Of a stretch of DNA of 64,000 nt, positions 52,889 to 64,000 are shown piece after piece (the first letter of the stretch is position 1; every line of letters begins with the position of its first letter). The stretch spans positions 62,001-126,000 of the forward strand of contig KZ538831.1 of assembly GCA_000934665.2 (NCBI GenBank), in the 5' to 3' direction. The stretch comes from Catajapyx aquilonaris. Taxonomy: Eukaryota. A model generated the notes under the pieces. That model ran no database searches. It saw only the letters and a list, made by a program, of their open reading frames with translations, and was not told the origin of the DNA. A program made the translations under genes and the position numbers.

Positions 52889-53060
52889 AACGGTCGGGGG
52901 ATGAGCCAGCAGAGAAACGGTCGAGGGCTGAACCTGCAGAATAACGGTCGAGGGGCTGAGCCTGTAGAATAACGGTCGAGGGGCTGAACCTGCAGAATAA
53001 CGGTCGAGGGCTGAGCCTGCAGAATAACGGTCCAGGGTTGAGCATACAGAGAAACGGTCA
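52889..53060. repeat. Minisatellite, ~7 x 27-28 bp (AACGGTCGAGGGCTGAACCTGCAGAAT)
   Basis: AACGGTC recurs at 52889, 52916, 52943, 52971, 52999, 53026, 53053. Confidence 0.9.
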
Positions 53061-54041
53061 GGCTGTGACGCAACCCGCAGCGCATAAGCAGAGGAAGGGA
53101 AATTGTCCAAAAAGGGCAGAAAAGTCATTTTCCGGAGTCGATATATGTATATAGACACTTTGCGGAACAAGGCCTCGGTTTGGCGGTAGGCGCAGTAATT
53201 AGTTCTGCAAACTATTTGCGGAACTTGGAGCCTAATTGCGCTGATCAAGACAAAATGGCCTTTTAAACCACTTGAATTGCCTTTTTCGCGCAACTTCCCT
53301 TTCCAGTTAACGGGTTTGTTTTGACGTTAATTGAACAGGACGATATATTTCTATTAGAGAGGCAAACCGAGGATTGGTCGGAGGGAATGAAGCCGAGCTT
53401 ATGAGAATTGATCAGATGGCAAAGTGCTTAAAAATTACTAGCACCCCCTGTTTAAATTACGAAAAAGTGAAATGGCCATGACCCTTCCCCTACCCCCCTC
53501 AGAGACATAACTTATTTAGAGAGGGGGTAAGTTAGTACGGAGGCAAATCCTGTGTTGAGATTTGCTTTGGGCACAATTTCGAGTCCCCTCCCGGAAGCTC
53601 GACCGCATAGTTCCGGATGAATTAACTCCCACGGTCTCCTGATCAGCGTCAGGAATTGCCTGCGATCAGAAGGACTCGTCCACAATCCGGATGTAATTAT
53701 CCGGGCTTTGCTGCCACATATTTCCCCGTCTCTTGGATACGCCTCACTTGGAGGGGGCTTCTCCTGAATTTGCCGATTTATTGCCCTCAACCTGCAGATT
53801 GCCGCAGCTTCCTGTACTCTCAACGCGGATTTCCCACCCACCTGAACTTCACGCTTGCAATCAACCGAAACTTACGGCGCAACTAACATAACAAACTCAA
53901 CTCATTATGAACGATTTACAGTAGTAATCACACAGCTAATGATCATGTCCATATTTGGACTAATGGCTCCCACCTTTATTTCCTTCCGGGACCTACCTAA
54001 TTCTCTCGCCTTACTCTATCACCCGACCTAACAAGTTATGC

Positions 54042-54179
<138 letters not shown>

Positions 54180-56726
54180 TGGATTCATTAGAGTAGGCCT
54201 ATACAAAACGATTCATAAGCCTATATACGTCGTATTAAAATGGGGACATGATTCTGGTAAATTGAACCTGGGATAGGTTATTTGTACGGAAAGTTGAATT
54301 TCCTGGCAGAATTTGTGGGATTTCTCCCAATTCCGTGTTTTCATTGGTGGGGCAGCCTGGGAAACTCTGCTTTTCAAACCTGAGAATCTAGGGCTTCCGT
54401 GTAAACACATAAAGTTGTGAATGATGAGCACAGGTCGAACAGGATATCTTTCCACTGGCATGTATCGCATGATATGTCTACATAGTGTACAGCCGGATTA
54501 GCAGGTCGTTGCATTGTCCCATCTCAAGTAACAATAAGTTGCATGCTACAATTTTTTCAGACCATGTCAAAGTTTCCCAGTTGGTGGCACTTTTTTTTTC
54601 TTCTTCTTCATCTGGATGAACCAATCATAAAGCCAGGGTTGGTGACTTTCTTATTGGTTCCCTGCCAGCTCCTCACAACCACGGAAGCGGACACCCAATA
54701 ACATGGGACGCTTGACCATTATGCACAGGACACGCAATGGCGACTTCACGCAGAGACCTCTGGAAAAAAATTTGTACAAAGTTTTCTCAACCTAGAAAGC
54801 ACCTGTAGTAGAGTGGTTGAGTGATTCGCTATAATTGTGCCCACACCTACATGCATCATTACTATGATTCCCTTTGGGAGAGAAAGCAGATCGACGATTC
54901 GATCGACAGCATAAACCAGGCTTCATAAAAGTGTCGGGCCCATTAGGCCTAATAAAGATTTTTCCGGAGAAGTGCCATTAGACAAATGAGCGCGACCACG
55001 GAGTACCAGCAGTCTAGAGGGAAAAACCCCTCCCTCTAGAGTTGTCTTATAGCCCCCATGGCACGTCCAGTCCCCCCCAATAAGAGTAATAGCAATCATA
55101 TTCTTGGCTCACGCGTCCGTGCAAAGGACACTCGGTCAGAGTGTGTGTAGAATTGGAAAAACGATGACCGCTTATCTGGTCTGAACGGGGTTACTCGAGT
55201 GCAACCTGCACATGCACACGTACACATTGCACCGCCTTCCGATATTGACCTGTCCCCTGACGGTGATTTACAGTCGGGTTTAGAACCGCGTTGTCTCGCG
55301 CACCTGGTTTTTCCTTGCATGTAAAATGTGGTGGGGGTTGAAACGGTGCTAATCTGTCAAGGCGAATATCTACAAATGCATATATTTGTCGGGTGGTAGC
55401 GGCAGATCATTAATGCCGTCTGACACTTGGTTGGCGAGTCCCGCAAAATTATTTGCACCGTCAATCAAGCCTCGCATCAAAGCTGCCCCACTAAATATCT
55501 GATGACAGGAACTCGATACAAATATCGCTGGTTCACCAAATCAAACACCAATCCGTTTTTCTGCCTGTAGTCACACCCGGACACCCCTTCCATCCTCCTG
55601 CAGAGGCATAGCTCACAATGGACCACATTGTTAACACAACGTGCCGGGAAGAGGAAACCTGTCGATTGGCTGATGACAGCAACATTGGCATCATTTTTGG
55701 ACAGGACGTTCCCGGGAAACAGATTAATTTCGCGGCTATAGGAAGGTACTAGTGGGGGCTTCATCACTCGATAATGGTAGCCAATAACTGTGCGCCTGAC
55801 CGGAAGCAGGAGTCTCTTGAACACTCATTTGTGCATGCCGGGTTTCACTCCAGTTCAATCAGACTAGACATATTTGGGCGCGCTAACTACGCTCGACCCA
55901 GTACATGTTACCAGGCAACCGGTTGCAAACAAGCAGGTAAATGAACGGTGAACGACGAGACAAGGTGTGGAGGCCAAAAATGGAACACACAAAAAAATAA
56001 TTTCAAAAATGGAAAGACAAGAGGGTGACGTCCCAGCAGTCATTACAGCTGAGGAAGGGAACAGCAAGCAATGAAGCGATTATCCAAATTAGACGGGAAA
56101 TTAAGCGTGACGAGTGATTCGGCAGCGAATTCCATCCGCTGCCAATGGCACATCTCTCCCTTCACTTTTTTTTCGCATCGTGTCCTCGTTGATAAGGAGC
56201 AGTCAACTTTTTTTCAAATTCTATTACGTATTAAAACGGGTCGATATTCCTTCTCCTTCGAGGCTTTCTTGCAAAACCACCAAGCTTGCTGCACAGAGGC
56301 AGAGAGACACACTCCTCTGATTTATTCGCCGAATGAAACTGACTCTGTCACACTTCATTTCCCTCTTGTCACATTACAGTAAGGCCTTTTTTTTGGGGGG
56401 GGGGGAGGAAAAAGGCAGGGGAGATGGGAGGGAGTCCTTAATTCTCATTTCATAGGATAGGGATGGTACGAAAAGCCCGTCCCTTGCATTACAGTAAAGG
56501 CTTCTTTCAAACGTGACTTCAAGGTGAGGAAAAAGCATGTGATGCACAATGATATAATATGGAACCATTGTGGAGACTAAGTACTATCCAAGAAAAAAGG
56601 AGTCAGCCATCAGGTGCATATGCATATAGCTATCCCGGAGAAATGTACAGATGCCAATGGGAAAAATTTCGTGTTCCATTTGCGTCTGGTAACTCGACTA
56701 TATAGGCCCATGAAAAGATTTTGGGA

Positions 56727-56796
56727 CCTAACGGTCAAAGGTGTATAGGTGTGATTTAGTATACTATATCACACCTATACACCTTTGACCGTTAGG
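56727..56796. repeat. Near-perfect 70-bp palindrome (probable collapsed MITE)
   Basis: CCTAACGGTCAAAGGTGTATAGGTGTGAT...ATCACACCTATACACCTTTGACCGTTAGG. Confidence 0.9.
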
Positions 56797-57569
56797 ATTA
56801 GTATGGTGCGGAGCCGTGGAGTGTCGGGGTGTACCGCTGGTGGTGTCATGCGAGCCGAATCCAGGCTGAGCACCGAATCAGGTGAAAATTGAAGGGGGGG
56901 GGGGGAGGCTCGGCGTTAAATCCTGCTGAGATCCTTGGCCTAACCAGTATATCGATAGCACCTATTTGAGGGGCAATCTAGCGGCCAAATTGGTGGGCAA
57001 ACAACATTAGAATGCACCAGAGCTTAACTAACAGCAAGTCCCGCCTCCACTTCAACTGCAACCTAGTAACACGGCCCCCGCTTCCCCCAACCGTCTATTT
57101 GCCCTTCCCCTCATGTTTGTTCAGTTGGTTTGTTTCCTTCGCGACTCAGAAGTGACTATTAGGCCTCCTCCACCTCTTCCTCATCAGAGATAGCAGACTG
57201 AGACTGCGACTATCACGCACACACCTCCACCTCCATAAGCCTACTTAAATCTCTCCAATTGATCCGTCCCGTCACGTTTAAAGAGAGAGCCCAAGTGGGG
57301 AAACAGCGATTCATTCATCTTAGTCCGGGAAGTGGGTTTCAAACGCAGGCTGACGTTGTCGCCTCGAATCTATCTCCGACTGGACATGTTCTTCCAGCCA
57401 TAAGGCGTGAGCTGCTCCAACCTTACTCGCTTGTGGAGATTGACCTTTCTCAAGGGCCGGCTGGATTGCGGAGTTAGCAGAGGTGATATGCCTAACATCA
57501 GCCAAGCTTCATCTTTGTTTCCGTGGAGCATGACAGGAAGGTTGGGTGTGTATTCAAGCTATTCATTAA

Positions 57570-57690
57570 GGTGCGTTTACATGTGAGTGATTTGACGAGC
57601 GAAATCTTCGCTGAAATCGATTTTCGCCTCAAATTGGTTACTTGGGTTACTTAGCCTCGGCGAAGATTTCACTCGTCAAATCGCTCACAT
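57570..57690. mobile_element. Harbinger-like MITE, right tip lost
   Basis: TAA-GGTGCGTTTACA left end; 31-bp inverted repeat 57581-57611 / 57660-57690. Confidence 0.6.
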
Positions 57691-59323
57691 TTACTGCAGC
57701 TATGCATGTGTGTACAGTATCTGCCTCGATATTCTGATCTTGCTACTGCCACCTGAGCTAAGGATATTATTTACAACGATTTATCACACTCGGTTGTCCT
57801 TTTGTCAATGCTGGATGTCATACCGTACAAGTCGAATTCGCGTTCAAAGTGAGCAGTCCTGAATTACACACCGCTGTGAGCGACAGGAACTTCAATCAGC
57901 TGTCCGTACAGTAACTAATAGGAATGTTACCCAAAACATCCCTTTTGTGCTGAATAGGTTACAGTGCTGTTACAGTGTCATTTATCCGTGATCAAGAACC
58001 GTAAAAAAAGATAATTTCCATTAATTCATTTGCATGCAATAGATGCTCTGTAGCACAATGTGCACAGTACAATAGTAATGCAATACGCATTTAAATAATA
58101 TGAAACTCTTGATGGTGTCATATTGCAGGGAGTCCAATACTGATCCAAAACTGGTGCAGAAAATAAGTTTAAAAAATGTTTGCCACACACGTGAAAATAT
58201 TGTCCGTGTCATGACAGCATTCTTCTGGCACGCCTAAGATCTATGCCTACACATGGTCATTCATCAGGCCGACCTAAGTACAATATTCAACATGAAGTAT
58301 TCATTTCGGACGATTTATATTCAGCGTTGGGCGCAGCAACACGCATTTGGACATGATGAAGAGAAGAGAGGAGAAGCGGGAAGTTAGTATGCTAAGCAGC
58401 GCCACACCACCAAACCGTTCCCAGGCTGTTCTCATTCGGGAAACCAATTTTTCAGCCTGGGTAAATTTCTATTCCCAAGCGAGATTTCCGTCCTTCCATC
58501 AAGATGGACCTCACCCAGACTCCACCTGACAAGAATACTGTACTTCCTGCTGCTGCTGCCATCCATGGAACCCCCCTTAAGATTCCTTATGTATACCAGT
58601 ATATGCTCCTTTCTTGCTTCGGCTAGCTCTCACTCTCTTTCACCTGTGCCAGCTAGCAATGAATAGCACAAAGGAGAACCGTATATCTCGACTTGAGCTG
58701 ACACTAGGGAATCCTGGGGGCCAGGCCCACAGGGATTATCCTGCACATGTTATTTCGCAGAAGGGGTAAATTATCGGAAAGGGAGAAAATGCCAGCTGCG
58801 GACTACCCAAATTTACTCACTTCCCTGCGGCCGAGAGCTGCTAACCCTCGGCCATTTAGATTCCCAGTTCAGATTGCTATTGCGGCAAGGCTTCTAATCA
58901 TTCTCGCCTGGGCTCTGCTGTGCTGCTGGTCTATAACGGCCTCGGCCATTATTGCCACTCCTCCTCCCACTCACGCACCCCTGCTTGTGCGCCAAAGGAA
59001 GGATCATAACTGCTACTTGCTTTCACATAAACGATCAGCCCAAGTCACAATTACTTCGCTTTGATGACACATATACTCACTCCAGATGTTATTATCTTGA
59101 CGCCACTTTCTAACTTAGCCAACTCGCTGCCGGTGGGCTCATTATATGACTGCCAGGCCCCTACACTCTTCAAGAAGGCGGAAAAAGGTTTGTACCCTTT
59201 GAATTGTAAATTGCATTGGAATTTTTCATATAATTTAAGTGTGCTTCTTCAGTATGATTCACGTTTCAGAAGCTTCAAAATAGTTACCACCGCTCTCCAC
59301 CTGATCCGACCCCACCCTGAGAG

Positions 59324-59528
59324 AGGATAAACCTGATTCGGATCTAGTACAGTATACCCTGATTACACTGGCGACTAAAGTGCAGAAAACCAAACGACGA
59401 TCTGACGTCATCGTTTCTTACATTGTTGATACTGTTTACTCATATTTCCATGGAAACCTTGATGACGTCAGATAGCCGTTTCGTTTTCCGCACTGTAGAC
59501 CAAAGAGTATTCATATGCGGTTTATCCT
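59324..59528. mobile_element. Diverged MITE
   Basis: AGGATAAACC / GGTTTATCCT ends plus inner inverted repeat ATCTGACGTCATC / GATGACGTCAGAT. Confidence 0.55.
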
Positions 59529-60600
59529 ACTTTTAGGGCCCAAAAAAGCAATCTGGTACATTTATATTTTTGAAAGGACGGCGACAGTTTGAAACTGTTT
59601 CCAAGTGTAGGCCGTAGGGCATGAGGAATTATGGGGCGAATCTCCCCGTGGGCGTCACTCGTTTCGTCTCCCTCCCTCCCTATCCCTCCGTCCCCTACTC
59701 CCTATAGCGCCGGGGTTGCGTTCCTGGAAAACGCCGAGTAATGCGAATCCGCGTAATGCAAACTCACTTTAACATGGGAACGAGCTCAGTCCACCAACAA
59801 GCTCCCTTGCCTGTCACATAATTGCCTGTTTATAGCCACGCCATCTCAAATATCTCTAGCCCCAAAATTATATGAAATTGCGTTACACCCATTCAGGTCA
59901 TGTACTTTAATTATGCGCTTGTTGAGTCGAATATTTTCAATTACCCCATCTTAGCTTTCAGGCTTACTCATGTATATTACACTACCTAATATCACCTTTA
60001 GGCATACTAAAACAAGAGTAGTTTAAGAGTACTTGCTTAATAATTTTCTTTGTTAAATTATAATCAGGTAGTTGCTTACAGGAATCTCTCTTAGCAAACA
60101 GCATACATTATACCTTGTTTTTGGCAAATGCAGGCTCTTTGTTGCTGGCGACACTGCTTGTACCTTTGCCTCTCGCAGACCTATAATTCCCCATATCCGT
60201 GTGCAATTGAATGCGGAGGAGGGAATGTAATCAGAGGTCCCTGCTCCCTCGCCTCCCTTCCCCCTCTCTTCCTCCCTCCCTTCCCTATTCTCCCCAAACA
60301 GACCGCAACCAGACGCCTTCAAATCCCCAATCTGACTGGCATTGGGCGGACTTCGTTATCGGAAGAGGCGGCTATTGGAAATCGATCGTTGTCGATTGGT
60401 ATCAGAAATATGGCTTTTGAGCATTTGGTGAGGGCTGCTAACAATCGATAAGTCGCGTTCCACTGCAACACGTGCCTGCCACCCTATAATACACCAGGCT
60501 TTTATCCTAATTATAATCATTCATACCTTACAGAATACGAGCTTATACATTCATTTTGTTGTAGAAATGTCATTGGTATTAACATTGTATAGCCTAGAAA

Positions 60601-60890
60601 GAGAGGCTTGGTGGTCTGGTGGTTACGCCACTGGCCAGCCAAGTGGCAGGCCGGGGTTCAAATCTCGTCCCCGTCACCTCTGCTTGTCCGGGTCTTTTTC
60701 CGCTTTTCACCCGACATGCCGGGGAAGAATTGCACTCCCTACTCTGCCCAGGGCCAGGAGAAAAGGTCTGGTGTATTTCAGAAAGTCAGAAATGACTATT
60801 ATTACACAGCCCTCCCTCGGGAACCTCCCCCTTGCCCCCTAAAAGGGCTCCGCCCTATCACGGGGTTAATTAAACAAATAAATAAATAAA
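60601..60890 (+). mobile_element. tRNA-derived SINE, family A, full length
   Basis: A-box TGGTCTGGTGG, B-box GGTTCAAATCT, (TAAA)n tail, perfect 13-bp TSD TATAGCCTAGAAA (60588-60600, 60891-60903). Confidence 0.9.
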
Positions 60891-60912
60891 TATAGCCTAG
60901 AAAACTCTTTGT

Positions 60913-61130
60913 GGGTCATTATTAAAACCAGGCTACCTTCTTCCGGTAGAACACTTCAAAAAAACATGAATTTCAAATTTAGTTAGTCTCTTCACGGCCC
61001 AGGTGACCTTTTCCTATGGGTGTTGGACCTGAGGTGAAAACGTTCCATATATTAGAAATACGAATTTAGCCTGGGAATTGGGCTACCACACATTTGACAA
61101 ATTAAGGTAGCCTGGTTTTGATAATGACCT
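60913..61130. mobile_element. MITE (TIR AGGTCATTATCAAAACC), uninterrupted copy
   Basis: GGTCATTATTAAAACCAGGCTACC / GGTAGCCTGGTTTTGATAATGACC; homologous to 17915-18431. Confidence 0.85.
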
Positions 61131-62048
61131 ACATTGCCTGCACCTTACAACTTTGTTGGGTGAAATTGAACCAATATTGTTTGATAAAATGTGATTACCA
61201 CGTAGGAAAGGACCTTCTCAACAATTGAGGCAGTGTGGTCGTATTTTTAATTTGAGAAAGAAATGTGTTGGCAACATTGCTATAAGGGTGGGCGTTTCAG
61301 CTGAAGAGTAGAATCGAATGAGAGGAAGAAAAAAAAGAAGGAAGAGAGAAGAGGGGAAGGATGGGGGTCTGGGAGAAGTTGGGTGGGGGGGGGGCAGAGG
61401 GGGCAGCAAGGGGGGCTGCAGAAGGAGGAAGGAACCCCCTACAGTTCTCCATTAGTGGGAAGAAGCTGAAAACACGCTAGTCAACAGGGAAAGGCCGGGA
61501 AGATTAGAGTCGCTGGCAGTAAATCTACGGGCACAAAGAGGAAAATGGCCGCCTTCCAAAATTGCCTGATTAATGAATCAAAAGGAGGAGGAGAGGAACA
61601 GGTTCCTCCTCGGAAGGAGTCTTCCCGGCACAATGCGACCCCCTCAAAAAAAGAAGAAGAAAAAAAAACCTTCCTCTTCCAAACTCGCCCTAGTATTCAC
61701 TTGGGACTATTTCGACCCAACTGGTATATCTCATCAGGTTCTACCGTGTTTTTATCTTTTGTGGGTGTTTCTAACCGCCCTTGGACAAAAAATTGCGATG
61801 TCCCCAAAAATGAACCGGATGCTGTGCAACTTGTGACGTCGCCAACCCAAAGGACGTGATTTGTGGATCAGAACTCGTATTCTTAGGAAAGGCTCGCAAA
61901 TTACTAGCAGTGATTACAGTAATTTTTAAGTAAACTGGGACATTTTGATGATGACTGTGATACATGTCAAAAAATTAAGACCTAACGTACCCTGGGAATC
62001 TTTTACTGGCATGACTAGTTTTGTTGGAACAAAATGTTTCAAAATGTA

Positions 62049-62170
62049 CTATGGGGTTCAAATATGGCCACTTTATCCTGGTCTTGAAGCAACCCTTCGC
62101 ACAGACCCCACGTTAAGGAGGTTCACGCGCGCGAAGACCATGATAAAGTGGCCATATTTGAACCAGATGG
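62049..62170. mobile_element. Palindromic MITE with TA TSD (copy 2)
   Basis: CTTGAAGCAACCCTTCGCACAGACCCCACGTTAA is the exact reverse complement of part of 5290-5424; TA on both sides. Confidence 0.85.
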
Positions 62171-64000
62171 TACCTCTTTATCAGGTCAGAATTTCAGTGT
62201 GTCCACCACCACTTGTCATCTCTTGGGCAGAGATCCACTGAAAGGTCACCTAGTTACCTACTTCCCCCCCCATGCAATAAAGCATGTAGTCACTCTGGAG
62301 CAGATGGAAAGGCAGCAAGCAGGGCTCCCCTAGCCCCTAACTAGCTATCTAGCTATCTATCCTTTCGTCCTCTGCGCGAATCAGCTTGGGAGTTAGGCCA
62401 AATCGGATTAGTCCTAACTCATATTAATGGTCGCGGGGAAATGGTAGCGAGCAGTACGTCAGCAGGACTCCCAAGGCGCCTGACAGCACCCAACAATTTA
62501 CCCCAATTGCTTTTAATATATTTATGTTAATGGGGGTCGCTTGCTCCTAATTCAATTGGCCGACCCAACACCTGAGAGGCCTCGCTAATGTACTTCAATC
62601 CGAGTTCAGACGTCACACCCCTTGCAAATACTGGCCATAGACCGGATTGCAGACCCCACCCGTTTGACCGCAGGGTTGAGCGACGTCTTCCGGCTGATAA
62701 GTGAACGATTTTTCGGCGAGCCCCGGGATAAGCTGCCTGGAGGTGGACGTAATGAAGCTGTCGCCGACAACTCACTTTCTCCCACCCAATTACTGCACAA
62801 CTAATTTTCCCTTCACATTTCCCCGCGCACTTATTGCGCCGCTCGAGTCACACGGAATGGACGCCAAAAACGGCCTTGTCAACCCAGCATTGTTGAGATG
62901 CCGCCATTTTTGGGCGCCAGACGCATGGCTTGAATCTATGGTTTGTTCAACTAATATATTATTCTTTTGGAAGACTGGCGAGAGGAAAGATGTCCGGTAG
63001 AGGGACTAATTAGCAGTGTTGTCACATTTGCTCATCAAGTAGTGGGTGGAGGCCAAATTCCAGATATTGGGCAAAGTCCCCCGCATACTAATAATCATGT
63101 GGGAGGGAGTCCTTCTTGGCAGCTACAACGAGCTTTTCCAGGGCACCCTACCCCTCCAACCCCGTACAATAAAAGCCAGCGCGGAAAGTTAATTATGTAA
63201 AAGAGCACAGTGGAGCGTGCCCCAAGGCAACACGCTGGGTTTGTCATTAAAATGACTTGGGGGTGGGTAGGTGGGGATGAAAAGGTGATTCATTATTCAT
63301 TGGACTGCCTTTCTCGCCGACAATTTTTACCCCCCTTCAAGTAGGACGATAAGGAAGCTATGTGCTTGTCTTGGCCATCATGCGTGTCCTCAACACCTAC
63401 CCATTTGCTATTCCAGTTGGCATTACTAGCTCCAAGTGCATATCAGGAGGCCTTCATGTCACCGCGACGATGGTATGACGTTTCGCTGAAACACTGTGCC
63501 AAGACTATGGGGTTTTGATAAATATTTGCTCCTTTCAAGAGAGAGCTGCTTGTTCATATCATAGATGCGTTCAACAAAGGGGAGCTGCTGACTGTAATTA
63601 TGTGTTGCAGTTTTTCTCGATTTTTGACAAGGTTTATTGCTATCCACCATGCAAGTAAGAATAATTACCATTCCTGGAGGCATTCACGTTAGCAATGCCC
63701 TTCAGGCGACAATGTGCCCTTGAAAACACCATAAACTGGGATTTCTACGCTACTCAACAATATTATCGTGTACTGTCGAACGTTGTGGTCAATTTTTATT
63801 CTGAATATTACCGATTGAACCGTTGCGTTGCAATCGAAATGTTTCTGTGAAAACGATATAATATGTTGTTGGGATCAAGGGCACTAAAAACAACTTCCAA
63901 CACCGTGTATGTCCATTAAAATAATGAAATAATGCCCGTTAGTAGTATCGAAAAAGCCGCCTTCAAAATTCATGCAATTAAGCTTGTCAGCTTTGATTAT

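Noticed and set aside
63470..63500. GACGTTTCG, a motif seen in Penelope-associated hammerhead ribozymes
   Set aside because: No CTGANGA core at the required position on the minus strand

Overview
Eukaryotic, almost certainly metazoan DNA; a TTAGG array and the SINE types suggest an arthropod (inference). The window is non-coding (large intron or intergenic region). None of the supplied ORFs is a credible protein, and I see no rRNA, intact tRNA, CRISPR array, autonomous transposon or prokaryotic system. It is a dense mosaic of short non-autonomous elements: three families of tRNA-derived SINEs with clear target-site duplications (TSDs), many MITEs/foldbacks (Tc1/mariner-, Harbinger- and CMC-like, often nested), a non-autonomous Helitron, three copies of a minisatellite-carrying element and six copies of a ~200 bp solo-LTR-like element. 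These are interspersed with GC-richer unique blocks rich in TAAT motifs. The most interesting signals are: a CTCF-like motif carried by the solo-LTR family at 6-10 kb spacing; a 3' stem-loop conserved by compensatory changes across otherwise different SINEs; a modular chimeric SINE; and a CCA-ended tRNA 3' half placed like an over-long primer-binding site. All alignments were done by eye, so boundaries may be off by a few bases and superfamily names are inferred from termini/TSDs only.
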